Source of the DNA: Flavobacteriales bacterium
GTDB lineage: Bacteria > Bacteroidota > Bacteroidia > Flavobacteriales_G > JALEGO01
Direction of reading: 5' to 3'
Length of the DNA stretch: 47,351 nucleotides
Assembly (NCBI GenBank): GCA_022763165.1
Contig: JALEGO010000161.1
Span: forward strand, 1 to 47,351
The position numbers and the translations under genes are program-made. Shown here one piece after another: positions 10,801 through 18,980 of this stretch. Each line of letters begins with the position of its first letter. Position 1 is the stretch's first letter. The notes under the pieces are model-generated. The model saw only the letters and a list, made by a program, of their open reading frames with translations, searched no databases and was not told where the DNA came from.

Positions 10801-12192
10801 ATATGCATCTCTATCTGCTCCGTTATATGTTAAGTGTGTGTAAAATCTTTTTGGCAACAGACTTGGGTTGTTGTTTTGGCCATTGTAGAACCCCCAGTGA
10901 TCCTGGGCATAAGAAAGACGTCTTGGAAGCTTTTTGTCATTGTCGATTTCATCCAAATACGAAAAAATGTATGGGGGCTTTGCAGAAGACCCAGCAATTT
11001 CCTTTACAGAATCTAATTTGAGTCTTGTAGAAAGTGTTAGATCATTTTGAGGTCCATTGGCTACAAAATAATCATGATAAAGCTCAAAAGTCTTTAAGAG
11101 GTTGTTTCCGCGATCATAAACTTCAATCTTATCAAGAATTACACCTCCATTCAAATCATCTCTTTGATGATCAGTAATGAATTTTACAAGGAATCCGTTG
11201 GAAGCACTAATTTCATTTAGATGAAATGAATTCGAAGTCTGTCTTGTTTCACACTCTGTTGATTCTGGAGCTGTTTTACAAACTTGCCCTCCGTTTATAT
11301 CATAAGGGTTTGGCGGGTTGTCAAAATACTCATTGGCTGTGATTCCGGAAACGAAATCGACAGTGTGGGGTAAATAGTTTAATTGTATGACATCTTTGTA
11401 AATTGGGTTTTCTATTTTATACAAAAACCATGAAGTTTTATTTTGGGTTGATGGAGGTTGAAAATCAGAAGTACAAGGGCCCTCTGAATTTGCAGTTTCG
11501 TTTGTGCTTATTATGGTTTCTTCAACGTAGATGCCACCAAAGTAATAGATTGTTCCATCCGTATCTGTTATTTTAAAGGCGTTTTCACCAGAACCAAAAG
11601 AAAGGTCTCTTTCAATTTTCAAATCATTCTTTGGGATCAAATGAAGAGTTCCTTGATGATCAAAAACAAATTTTCCTGACTTTCCATTAAAGTTATAGTA
11701 ATAAACATCAGGTTCACCATCTAAATGTCCTCTCATCATTGCTTGGACTTCTGATACATTGTTTCCCATATCGAGGATGGTGCCATCAAAATTGTTGAAA
11801 ACAGCATTGTTTTGATAACCTATAGCCGAAAGGTCGTCATGACCTACAATACTTTTAGTAATGACACCTCCTGCGTTTAAGGACCAACCTAAGCCAATCC
11901 ACGAGGAAACCTCATCCACCTTAATACCGCCAGCATGATAACTTAGCGATAAAGGAAGCTGCAATTTTCTTGACTGGTAGTCATATATAGGAATGGAAAT
12001 ACTTGGTATTCCGGTAAATTCTCCCACCGGAACATCAGCATATTTGGCAAGGGCTGAGGAAGTTGGAGCAGGAGGGATTAGGCTTTTAACAGGGTTTTTA
12101 AAATCTTCTTCTGCTATTTGAGAGCTAACGTTTAGCGTATATAAAATAATGATAAAAAGGTGTACTAATTTGTTTGAGAGTCTGGTTTGCAT
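4882..12192 (-). CDS. secreted SpvB/TcB-like N-terminus + RHS/YD-repeat polymorphic toxin with an unknown C-terminal domain
   Basis: Single ORF of about 2,440 aa. The ORF-track start at 12231 is TTG. The ATG at 12192 gives a clean signal peptide, MQTRLSNKLVHLFIIILYTLNVSSQ. The N-terminus is SpvB-like (LSLSYHAGG...GLGWSL). Many YD repeats follow (YxYDxxGR-type: YTLYDDFGR, TKYDALDRP, YVYDRVGRK, RYDALGTK). The RHS core ends with DYGARFYDPSIGRWSSVDP...PYNYVMNNPLKFIDPTGM. Confidence 0.9.
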   Translation of the reverse strand: MQTRLSNKLVHLFIIILYTLNVSSQIAEEDFKNPVKSLIPPAPTSSALAKYADVPVGEFTGIPSISIPIYDYQSRKLQLPLSLSYHAGGIKVDEVSSWIGLGWSLNAGGVITKSIVGHDDLSAIGYQNNAVFNNFDGTILDMGNNVSEVQAMMRGHLDGEPDVYYYNFNGKSGKFVFDHQGTLHLIPKNDLKIERDLSFGSGENAFKITDTDGTIYYFGGIYVEETIISTNETANSEGPCTSDFQPPSTQNKTSWFLYKIENPIYKDVIQLNYLPHTVDFVSGITANEYFDNPPNPYDINGGQVCKTAPESTECETRQTSNSFHLNEISASNGFLVKFITDHQRDDLNGGVILDKIEVYDRGNNLLKTFELYHDYFVANGPQNDLTLSTRLKLDSVKEIAGSSAKPPYIFSYLDEIDNDKKLPRRLSYAQDHWGFYNGQNNNPSLLPKRFYTHLTYNGADRDAYPKHTSAGMLYKIKNPTGGETEFDYECNSVGTFSLANITQSNAQYESKHVSVRGRIFNDGDATQSHGTGQVVIPYPLYVDYTVMTENTWVAGDWNGEILITNHETGQSLCHTTLPCGGSNDGQTQTFLRYFPAGTYDIEVKATVRGDNAVVTFSWDQNTILANQTPLSAIDEIHVGGARIKSINYYDGRSHDYDRFITYEYKQSNHSNPNRSSGKLITMPRYDHRLFVYRSDNSGTPQASGIFFNATCSTNECFFNGLSSFSKAPLGSSRGSHVVYPEVSITYGHKAQGGKTKKIFSFYEDKGGTGFPYASQTSYDWKRGHLLKEIDYRKNEDGSFTVVRTLENDWDFREDKTLNNSKVIGLKVDKRIQGGLCQQAAVLHTCTEVDIQFGACGLTLEPISPNDPFIQGSGIWFSSVHDQNGLEFALSVDPNDCEVFGHDICFGKNPGDVVLNPAWTREVAYRSYEHISQWVYLKSQKETIDNIEKITEYLYDETNGAHTNPIQTTVHNSDGTKHAHKVKYAFEYQDFQGSPDQDVEALYQLKNYNVNVPIETLSLIEKPNQSPKVVSGSYSQYAVQHGVPLRKAVWTLELTSPLPNFIGSHIEDQNGSINLVKSANYKNYNEDVPEMEFLDYNVQSNLLEYKRTFGNVNTMIWDNNSRYPIADVQNALQSEVAYTSFEQTGDEGGWQISGTRTNSSLHSGRKALEINKIEKTSLPPGTYEVSFWHNGQGLEILLNNQIIEHVNASTNLVNFKTTINASASLNSIAIRKSGVGPCLIDDARLGPVDSRMQTFVYDDESDLLLSISNDADIATYYQYDLFQRLKYERDENQDILSVYDYVFDQSTALNFISTKKILVEGIKTQNQLDNLGANDYVKSISYQDGFVRPIQNIVERGSINERDVVTIIEYDSLGRQPKSFLPFTKQNNQGQFVTNAKLLQNLFFGSVSDAFAYSESEEESSPLGRSLNQAAPGSVWSISSNHTIDQSYRSNYPNEVRIFKQGTSNGFYPENTLHVVEVNDENGNTTTEYHNIIGQLVMKKNGNAETYTLYDDFGRVDVVIPATLMDKLNVDGQYNYLASNYKKGLFKYTYNAQGLLARKDLPGTEEYQQYYDRLERLVLVIDPNGVQTFTKYDALDRPTVTGLFSGSTLPSINDGLFTARSTGTYGYDLSNSFPSGNIEPLLINFYDDHDLDRNGTLSSSELISPDPLGSYATPTRSSKGLLTASKVAYFEEGTSNVEGYTFKKMYYDDKDRIIQSKYTNFTGVEEVSFNAYSFSGHLLKAQVKHRSDLNGLVSKIIEQEYVYDRVGRKLKTYQSIDGVKVLLNQLNYNEKDQVISKSLGASDAQESKFLQKIDYAYNIRNWITAINSINGCSMNGTEPVIGTKNKSGNTFQPGPKDLFSQKLFYNNPIAETAVSGQFNGNVSGIQWQSSCGNTVKFYGFEYNNTNQLTNAVYGEGLVDDLQINNHYDVSVGYDNSGNISQLTRKENAVLIDDLKYDYNDHFQLETLEETSDQQVGFQSNKTHGNYQYDSNGNMKRDDHKNMSLSYNFLNLPSLISYDNQNEIRFRYDALGTKLQQWSKPQNSTTWSVKSYFGSVQYLDGQLEAIYHDDGRAVPNGNSFIHEYDIKDHLGNPRVRFADFNNDGEIKKSDNEVIEEIHYYPFGMVMNGSWNQIGTSENKYQYNMKEHIDVFGLNWLDYGARFYDPSIGRWSSVDPLAEEFLNWSPYNYVMNNPLKFIDPTGMAPETNDPEPFIALNKSRTPSGPHLRLAFDVSAGPHTKSGVRTFGIGEKVELGASFKVVGIELLIGITENYLNIRLMNTSETEIVFGGTHVATGGSITLTRTVKDGEVTTTREGTVHAGPVFITQSEGTMVASYELYSSSLPVPLSSGDGRFFSINASASIENVQLGLGHIQGDASDGYSISFRDNRAHVRSRMADMGRDINDPHGIKAAKRKEAAEKAQRALRIKYYNLTGKLLED
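4885..5592 (-). other. 236-aa variable C-terminal (toxin-position) domain of the RHS protein
   Basis: Starts directly after DPTGM (the codons for IDPTGMA are readable at about 5590-5610 on the minus strand). It is Gly/Thr/Ser-rich and looks beta-rich, and it ends in a basic helix KAAKRKEAAEKAQRALRIKYY. No motif I recognise. Confidence 0.7.
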
Positions 12193-12207
12193 AACTGGGA
12201 TTTTGAG

Positions 12208-12273
12208 CAAAAGTAACCTCAAAAAGACCAACTATTTTGTGAAATTTACCTGGCCCGAACTATCTTTTGTGAA
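12208..12273 (-). promoter_or_regulatory. candidate RHS promoter: TAnnTTTG -7 box plus two upstream direct repeats
   Basis: The minus strand reads CTTCACAAAAGATAGTT (12258-12274) ... TTTCACAAAATAGTT (12230-12244) ... TACTTTTG (12208-12215), then 15 nt, then ATG at 12192. TACTTTTG matches the Bacteroidota -7 consensus TAnnTTTG. Confidence 0.35.
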
Positions 12274-12298
12274 GTGTATTAATTCAGATGTGACGTGT

Positions 12299-13033
12299 TT
12301 AAGTGAGTTCGTTTTCTAAGGATTTAAAGAAAATATCTTTCCTATTTCTTGAGATGGGAAGCTCTACTCCATTCTTTAAAAGAACTTTTAGGTTAGCTTT
12401 AGAGACTTTTTTGATTTGAGATAGGTTAATCATGTAGCTCTTATGAATCCTAAAGAAGCCGAAGCTACCAATGCGTTCGTGAAATTCCTTTAAATTGGCT
12501 GAAGCTGTATATTTAGTATCGTTTATGCAGTGGAAGACGGTGTAGCTCGATAAAGCTTCACAGTAAATAACGTTTTGAGTGGGGACAATATGTAAATCAG
12601 TATTTGTATTGATCAGAATGTTCTTGGTTTTTTGACTGAGGTTTTCAATGAGGGCCTTGAGTTTTACTTTTTGTGCATTATGAAACTGTTCTTCCTGAAC
12701 CTTTTCAAGGGATCTTAACATATCTTTGGTACCCACAGGCTTTAGTAAAAAGTCGAGAGCGCTGAGCTTGAAGGCATCAACAGCATACTTTTCGTATGAA
12801 GTGATAAAAATAACCGCACAGGGCAATGTATCAAGTTTCAAATGGTCAGTTGTCTTGCCATCAGGAAGTTCAACATCTAAAAACAACACATCTGGTTCGA
12901 AAGCATCTATTTTTGCGACTAGCCCCTTGATTTTGTCATGAAAATTGATGTCAACTCCTGGAATGTTTTCACTTAAAATATGTCGTAAATTTTCCCGATG
13001 ATTGGCTTCATCCTCAACTATAAGAATCTTCAT
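12299..13033 (-). CDS. LytTR-family response regulator (REC + LytTR DNA-binding domain)
   Basis: MKILIVEDE...VLFLDVELPDG receiver followed by a LytTR domain (FFRIHKSYMINLSQI). The ORF-track start at 13045 is TTG. The ATG at 13033 gives the canonical MKILIVEDE N-terminus. It overlaps the kinase stop by 20 nt. Confidence 0.85.
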   Translation of the reverse strand: MKILIVEDEANHRENLRHILSENIPGVDINFHDKIKGLVAKIDAFEPDVLFLDVELPDGKTTDHLKLDTLPCAVIFITSYEKYAVDAFKLSALDFLLKPVGTKDMLRSLEKVQEEQFHNAQKVKLKALIENLSQKTKNILINTNTDLHIVPTQNVIYCEALSSYTVFHCINDTKYTASANLKEFHERIGSFGFFRIHKSYMINLSQIKKVSKANLKVLLKNGVELPISRNRKDIFFKSLENELT

Positions 13034-15128
13034 AGTTAAAATCAATTGTGATGTTTGTCTTAAAAATCTTTTCTTGCTGAAGTTGTTCTAATTGTATGTT
13101 GCGGTCATACTTTTGGTTAAAATTATGAATTCTTTCTCTCATAATTTCTGAAGAATAGGATTGATGATCTTTGTTGGACAATTGATTGTAATGATTCACA
13201 ATAATTACTCGAACAAGGTTATTCTCTTTGTCTGATACAATTGTAATCTCAATATGCCCACTTTTATTGTTTAATTCTACTCCATACTTGACAGCATTCT
13301 CAATAAACGGCTGTAATAGCAAAGGAGGAATAAGGACTTCTTCAAATAAGTCGTTTCTTCCTTTGATTTCAAAAGACAATCCTTCGAACCGTTTTTGTAG
13401 CGCATCAAGGTATTGTTCGGCAAAATTGATTTCATCTTCTAAACTCGCAATTTCCAGTCTTGAGAGATCTAAAACCTTTCTTATAAGTTTAGAAAACTCT
13501 ACAATGAGATCTCGGGTTGCCACGTTATTGACATCAATTGCGGCATGAATTGTACCAAGAGCATTAGAAATGAAATGTGGATTTAGTTGTGTGACGAGGA
13601 GCTTATTCTTAGATTCTATATAATCGTATTCTATTTTAAACCTCCTCTTTTGTTCTTTATGTCGTAAAGCACTAAAGATTGAAACGACCAAAATGATTCC
13701 AATAATTAGTATCAAGATGATTTTAATTAAAGTGTTTCTTTTTTCATAATTTTTAGAATCTTCTAAGTCCTGGGCGACCTTAAAATCGGACAACATTGTA
13801 CGCAATTTGTTTTTGAATTCCTCTAATAGCAGTGATTTAATATGTTCGTCTGCATTTATTTTTTCCTTCAACTTTTCAATCGAAGAAAGCTTAGAATAGG
13901 CGCTTTTCCAATTACCCAAAGCCGAATCCGTTTTACAATGAAGCTGGAGGTATTCTAGTTTTTTGTAATTCTCCAGAACGTTTTGAAGAATAGGCCTTTG
14001 AAGGACGGTATTAGCCTTTTGATATTCATTTCTCTGTACAAAAGATTTTGCCTCAAGAATGGTTAGGTTAAAAGAGTCTCCCGGTAAGAGTTTATAGTGT
14101 GCTTTACATGAATCCAACAATTCATAAAAGGCAGCGTAATTGGTCTGATGAAGCCGAATTTCAGCAAGAGCAGTGAGAAATGAGGTTTTTGTTTGCTCGT
14201 TATTCATACGGTCACATAGCGCAAGACCTTTGAAAGCTTGGATTTCTGCATCTTCATATTCTTTCTTTGCTAGATAAATTCTACATGTGGTTGACAGCCA
14301 AAGGAGCCTTTTGAATAGCATTTGATCTGTTAATAAGCCTTCTATATCATCGTAAATGGATAGTGCTTTGTCATAGTCTCTTAAGATGAAATATTTGTTC
14401 GCCATTTTTATTTTTAGATCTACCATAAGATCAGCCGGAGGATCGATCATTGATTCGGCTAAAATATTGGACTCTAAAATATCTTTTAGTGACTTTTCCA
14501 GAAGGTTTTGTCTATGAAAGACTTGGGAGCGATGGTTTAAGGATTTAACAAGGTAGACTGTGTCATGCTTTGTTCTATAGTAGCTAATTATTTCGTTGAG
14601 CTTGTTTAGACTTTGGTCATCATATTCTTCCAATTGAGTCAACTGGAGATAGGGCTGCATTGCTAAATCACGGTCCTCAAGTTCTGAATAGATATTGAAT
14701 GCCTTTAAATAGTTTTGGGCAGAACCATTTTTATCTTTTCTCCTTTTACACTCAACTGCTTTAAAATTGAAATAGCTGGCATGATGCCTTAAGATTTTGT
14801 TTCTTTCGGCTTGTAATAGGCTCGAGTCAGCCAAAAAGGTTCTTATTTGTTCTCCATAGAACTCATTGTATTCTGTCCAGACCTCTATGTCTTTAACTAA
14901 AACAATGATTCTGTGCAGGGCTTCAAGCTGAGTGGTTTTTGTATTTGTTTGATGATAAATAGGCAACAAGGAGTCCAAGACTTGTTGGTCGCCAACATGA
15001 ATTTTAGGAAAAACCAAAGAATCCAGTGAGTGAGAAGCTTTGATTTCAATGTGCAATAGCACCGAAATCAAAACCAAGAATATAAAGCCCCTTCCTAAAA
15101 AAAAACTTTTTAGATTGTAGCAATACAT
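13014..15128 (-). CDS. TPR-repeat sensor histidine kinase, LytS/YehU type
   Basis: Signal/TM segment, a long TPR-like helical-repeat region, a TM helix (LIKIILILIIGIILVVSIFSAL), a His_kinase motif LNPHFISNALGTI and an ATPase region LLLQPFIENAVKYG. Confidence 0.8.
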   Translation of the reverse strand: MYCYNLKSFFLGRGFIFLVLISVLLHIEIKASHSLDSLVFPKIHVGDQQVLDSLLPIYHQTNTKTTQLEALHRIIVLVKDIEVWTEYNEFYGEQIRTFLADSSLLQAERNKILRHHASYFNFKAVECKRRKDKNGSAQNYLKAFNIYSELEDRDLAMQPYLQLTQLEEYDDQSLNKLNEIISYYRTKHDTVYLVKSLNHRSQVFHRQNLLEKSLKDILESNILAESMIDPPADLMVDLKIKMANKYFILRDYDKALSIYDDIEGLLTDQMLFKRLLWLSTTCRIYLAKKEYEDAEIQAFKGLALCDRMNNEQTKTSFLTALAEIRLHQTNYAAFYELLDSCKAHYKLLPGDSFNLTILEAKSFVQRNEYQKANTVLQRPILQNVLENYKKLEYLQLHCKTDSALGNWKSAYSKLSSIEKLKEKINADEHIKSLLLEEFKNKLRTMLSDFKVAQDLEDSKNYEKRNTLIKIILILIIGIILVVSIFSALRHKEQKRRFKIEYDYIESKNKLLVTQLNPHFISNALGTIHAAIDVNNVATRDLIVEFSKLIRKVLDLSRLEIASLEDEINFAEQYLDALQKRFEGLSFEIKGRNDLFEEVLIPPLLLQPFIENAVKYGVELNNKSGHIEITIVSDKENNLVRVIIVNHYNQLSNKDHQSYSSEIMRERIHNFNQKYDRNIQLEQLQQEKIFKTNITIDFNYEDSYS

Positions 15129-15529
15129 TTTAACTCAATAGCAATGGGCGTTGGAAGACTGTTTATTTCAACAGTCGTACGGCAGGGCAGGTTGTCTTTG
15201 AAGTATTCAGCATAAACCTTGTTGTAAGCCTTAAAGTCATCTTTCATATTGGTTAGAAAAACGGTCACATCTACCAAATTTTCCCAGGAAGAGCCTGCAT
15301 CTTCTAGAATCGTTTTAACATTATTGAAGACAGAATGACACTGTTTAACTATGTCGTAACTCATAATATTCCCTTCTGGATCCAATTCTACCCCAGGAAT
15401 TTTTTTTGTGCCTCTTTCTCTTGGACCAACACCGGAGAGAAAAAGAAGGTTTCCCACTTTTCTGGCATGAGGGTAAAGTCCAACAGGTTCTGGAGCTTTG
15501 GTGGATTCAATTATAGATTCTTTAGACAT
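15110..15529 (-). CDS. ridA: RidA/YjgF family reactive-intermediate deaminase
   Basis: Typical length of about 130-140 aa. PYSHARKVGNLLFLSGV-type N-terminus (here LYPHARKVGNLLFLSGVGP) and C-terminal RTTVEINSLPTPIAIELKCIA. Confidence 0.8.
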   Translation of the reverse strand: MSKESIIESTKAPEPVGLYPHARKVGNLLFLSGVGPRERGTKKIPGVELDPEGNIMSYDIVKQCHSVFNNVKTILEDAGSSWENLVDVTVFLTNMKDDFKAYNKVYAEYFKDNLPCRTTVEINSLPTPIAIELKCIATI

Positions 15530-15538
15530 AGCTTAAAA

Positions 15539-16393
15539 TTATGCAACAAATTTATTCAAGATTTGAGAAATCTGACCATAGTATGATCTTCCAAACAATA
15601 TAAGATGAACCAATAGAGGATAGAGATTGAGTAGATCCATTCTATTTTGCCAACCTTTTTCCAAAGGATATACTTGGTTGTAGGCATCATAGAAGGAGCG
15701 GTCAAAACCACCAAAGAGCAGGCTCATGGCGATATCGGCTTCTCTAAGTCCATAATGGCATGCTGGATCAAAGATGAAAGTACCTTTTTCAGCATGAAGA
15801 AAATTGCCACTCCATAGATCACCATGAATCAATGCTGGGGGTTCATCGGGCAAAATATCCTCAAGTTTTTTAGCGAGCTTTTCAAAACGCTCAACATCAC
15901 TTGTTTCAAGGAGTTGATTGCTGAGGCTTTTTCGAATCAATGGATTCAATCTTTCTTCCCAAAAAAAATCGTGAGCAGAATCGTGAGCAGCATTACTTTG
16001 ATCCAAGGTTCCAATAAAGTTGTTATAGCTTAGACCAAACTTCTCATTGGAGGATTGATGCATTTCTGCTAGATCTGTACCAAACTGTTCCCAGTGTTCT
16101 GGAGTTGCTGGAATGGTTGGAATGTATTCCATAAGGAGATAATGATAATCCCTCAGACGACCACCTTTAAAGGGTTTAGGAATATATGGATAGTGTTGTG
16201 ATATTAGATCAAGGTTTTCTTTCTCTTGACTTAAAGCGTTTACTGTTTCGCTATCTTCTAATACTTTAACAAAAAACAGGTGCTGATCCGAACGGACTTT
16301 ATAGGCTTTGCATATGTCGCCCCCAGATACTCTGGAAACTTCATTTAAATTTGCAATACCAATTTCTTTAAGGATGTTGTGTATTGTATCCAA
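15539..16393 (-). CDS. fructosamine kinase family protein
   Basis: VSGGDICKAYKV near the N-terminus. Catalytic HGDLWSGNF and DPACHYG motifs typical of the fructosamine-3-kinase/APH fold. The start is TTG, the first start codon after an in-frame stop; there is no nearby ATG. Confidence 0.8.
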   Translation of the reverse strand: MDTIHNILKEIGIANLNEVSRVSGGDICKAYKVRSDQHLFFVKVLEDSETVNALSQEKENLDLISQHYPYIPKPFKGGRLRDYHYLLMEYIPTIPATPEHWEQFGTDLAEMHQSSNEKFGLSYNNFIGTLDQSNAAHDSAHDFFWEERLNPLIRKSLSNQLLETSDVERFEKLAKKLEDILPDEPPALIHGDLWSGNFLHAEKGTFIFDPACHYGLREADIAMSLLFGGFDRSFYDAYNQVYPLEKGWQNRMDLLNLYPLLVHLILFGRSYYGQISQILNKFVA

Positions 16394-16423
16394 TTCAAAT
16401 TTTTATAAAAGTAAACATCAAAG

Positions 16424-18373
16424 ATGAAAAGTATTGTCACTGCGCTGCTTCTTTTTATTTCATTGAGCTTATGGTCAAACAATTATCAAACGCTTATTGA
16501 TAGCCTGTTGAAGGCAAAACCTCAAGCCAAGAACAACTACGAAAAATTTAAATGGAATTTACATTATGCTCGATATCAGGAGGTAGCGGATAGCCAATAT
16601 TTGTATTTAAGCCAAGCAAAAAAACTGGCTGATGAATTGAAGAGAGATTCGTGTTTTGGACAATTGTATTCTACTAGAGGGGGTTTATCTTTTTATGCAG
16701 GTGAATATGATAGTGCTGTTTATTATTATTCTCATAGCGCGATCTACAACAGAAAGAACAATGATAGTCTCAAAATTTCCGAAAACCTTTTTGGAATAGG
16801 TTCTTCATTGTTACAAAAAAAAGAACTTGAAAACGCCCTTGACACCTTGCTTCTGGCCCTTGAAATACGAAAAAAGTTCAACCCTGAAACTGTAGGAGAA
16901 GTTTTGAACGGCATTGGTTTGGCTTTCCTCTATAACACGGACTACAGGAATGCAGAGGAATACTTTAGTCAGTTTATTCAGGACTATGAATCTCGTGATT
17001 TAGATGTTCAACAAAAAACAAAACTATCCTACGGGTATACGAATTTAGGTGTTTGTTTGATGTACACACAAAGGAGAGATAGTGGTTTGCATTACTTTCT
17101 CAAAGCTTATGAGTTAAGAAAAGAAATAGGCAATAGAAACCTCATATTTGATGCTGCATACAACCTTTGTCTGAACTATGTAAATGTTGAACAATATGAC
17201 AACAGTTTAATATTTCTAGCTAAACTTGAAAATGAATTTTCAGACATACTTCCAGAGGAAACCAAAGACTATTTAATCAACATAAAATCGTTTTGCTATA
17301 TTGGCTTGGAGCGCTTTGAAGAGGGTATAGCACTTGCAAGAGAATATATCAAAAAACCTCACACGGACAGGTTATCACAATTATCAGATCATTATGTATT
17401 GATGGATGAAGCTTTTAGGAAAATGGGTAAATACGATTCTGCCCATCACTATGCTAGAAAAATGATAGCGCTGAAAGACACAATCTATATGGGTCAATTG
17501 GAAAACCAACTCATTGATAGTCGTGAAAAGCATGAGGCTGAGAAAAAAGAGAATGAAAATCTACTGTTGCGACAAGAGCAGCTTTTGAAAAATGCGAAAA
17601 TCGCTTCTCAAAGAGGCACAATCTATGCTGTGGTAATTGGGGGTCTTATTTTAATAATTGCTGCTGTAGTGCTTCTTTACAGGAATAGAATTAAGATGGC
17701 CTTAACAAAGTCAGAACTTGAAAAAACTAGAATTCAAGCTGAGAAGGAAGCGGCCGTTTTGGAGCAAAAAGCCTTAACATCTCAAATTAACACGCACTTT
17801 TTATTCAACACTTTGGCTGAGGCGAAATCCATGGTTCAAAAAAATAAAATTGAGGAAGCCGCCAATTGCATTGCACAAACGTGCAAATTAATTAGAGTAA
17901 CACTTGAGAATGCAACCGAAACAAAAGTGACTTTAGAAGATGAGGTGGAATGCCTGAGAAGCTATCTAGAACTTCATCAATTGATGAGGAAAAATGATTT
18001 CAAATTTGAGATTAAAATAGATGAGAGCATTGATCCTGAGAATATACTGATTCCGCCCATGTTAGTTCAACCGTTTTTGGAAAATTCAATCGTTCATGGT
18101 TTAGGTGAAAACACACAAAAAGAAGGGAAGATTGATTTATTTTTTAATGCAAAGGGAGAACATGAACTGGAGTGTATCATTCAGGATAATGGAACCACCA
18201 TTGCAAAAAAGGAATTTAACCCATATAAAAAGAAATCCTTAGGAGTTCCAATAACGCAAGCGAGATTGGCCAATAATAACAAGGAAAGAAACATACCTTT
18301 TGAGATTGACATTCAAAGATTGATTTCCGGAACCGAGGTTAAATTTTCTATTGGCATGGAGCCGGCTTTTTAG
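16424..18373 (+). CDS. orphan TPR-repeat sensor histidine kinase, LytS/YehU type
   Basis: Signal peptide, TPR-like repeats, TM helix (IYAVVIGGLILIIAAVVLL), INTHFLFNTLAEA and MLVQPFLENSIVHG. Same architecture as 13014-15128, but no adjacent regulator. Confidence 0.8.
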   Translation: MKSIVTALLLFISLSLWSNNYQTLIDSLLKAKPQAKNNYEKFKWNLHYARYQEVADSQYLYLSQAKKLADELKRDSCFGQLYSTRGGLSFYAGEYDSAVYYYSHSAIYNRKNNDSLKISENLFGIGSSLLQKKELENALDTLLLALEIRKKFNPETVGEVLNGIGLAFLYNTDYRNAEEYFSQFIQDYESRDLDVQQKTKLSYGYTNLGVCLMYTQRRDSGLHYFLKAYELRKEIGNRNLIFDAAYNLCLNYVNVEQYDNSLIFLAKLENEFSDILPEETKDYLINIKSFCYIGLERFEEGIALAREYIKKPHTDRLSQLSDHYVLMDEAFRKMGKYDSAHHYARKMIALKDTIYMGQLENQLIDSREKHEAEKKENENLLLRQEQLLKNAKIASQRGTIYAVVIGGLILIIAAVVLLYRNRIKMALTKSELEKTRIQAEKEAAVLEQKALTSQINTHFLFNTLAEAKSMVQKNKIEEAANCIAQTCKLIRVTLENATETKVTLEDEVECLRSYLELHQLMRKNDFKFEIKIDESIDPENILIPPMLVQPFLENSIVHGLGENTQKEGKIDLFFNAKGEHELECIIQDNGTTIAKKEFNPYKKKSLGVPITQARLANNNKERNIPFEIDIQRLISGTEVKFSIGMEPAF

Positions 18374-18374
18374 C

Positions 18375-18980
18375 TTATTTCAGTTTATAATTTACCCCTA
18401 TTCCAAAACTCATTTTTCCATCAGGTTCCCCAGCGAATAGTCCTGCTAAAAAACCTAAACCACTATCCACTTGTTTCCATGAGTTGTTCATTGAAAGTTG
18501 TATGCTAAGTCTTTCTTTAACCTTGCACCCAAGTAATAACCTGCTTCCATAATCAAACAAGAATTGACTTGACTTAAAATCTCTATTTATTTCAAATAAT
18601 TCGTTTTTAAAATTCCCTTTGGTAAAGGCATGATAGGCTCCGAAGTAGCCCTCAATTGAAAAAATCATTTTTTTAAAAAAGGAAATCTTAGGACCTGTAT
18701 AAAACCTCAAGTGATTATCGGCAGTGAACCCTTTGGTTTGAGAAAATTGCCCATCGATTCTTTCTGATCCAATAAAGGAGGAGTAACTGAAGGCACTAAG
18801 GACGCTCATTTTATTGGTTTGAAACCAGAGGTGATTCATTTTAAGCTGTAGCCCATAATCCCCACCTCCTGAGCCGAGTTCAAAAGAAACTTCTACGTTG
18901 TCAATCAACGGTTTAGACTCATCTTGTGCCAATACGATATTAGACAAAACAAAGCCAAGAAGACATAGTATAATTTTCAT
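18375..18980 (-). CDS. hypothetical secreted protein, possibly an outer-membrane beta-barrel
   Basis: Signal peptide MKIILCLLGFVLSNIVLAQ. Alternating hydrophobic pattern and a Gly/aromatic-rich C-terminus (FGIGVNYKLK). 4-nt overlap with the upstream esterase gene. Confidence 0.55.
   Translation of the reverse strand: MKIILCLLGFVLSNIVLAQDESKPLIDNVEVSFELGSGGGDYGLQLKMNHLWFQTNKMSVLSAFSYSSFIGSERIDGQFSQTKGFTADNHLRFYTGPKISFFKKMIFSIEGYFGAYHAFTKGNFKNELFEINRDFKSSQFLFDYGSRLLLGCKVKERLSIQLSMNNSWKQVDSGLGFLAGLFAGEPDGKMSFGIGVNYKLK

Noticed and set aside
5326-11021. Short ORFs (60-84 aa) on either strand inside the RHS gene: 5326-5523, 7926-8135, 8681-8911, 10029-10305, 10594-11021
   Set aside because: All are fully embedded in a 7.3-kb ORF with clear RHS/YD homology. 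They have low-complexity translations with no motifs, as expected for chance ORFs in AT-rich DNA.
12193-12231. TTG-extended N-termini in the ORF track: 12231, 13045, 19819, 27994, 29001, 43513, 44906, 4382
   Set aside because: In each case a downstream ATG gives a canonical N-terminus (a signal peptide, MKILIVEDE, or a glycosyltransferase start). For 12231 the extension would also run through a TAnnTTTG promoter box. The shorter coordinates were reported instead.
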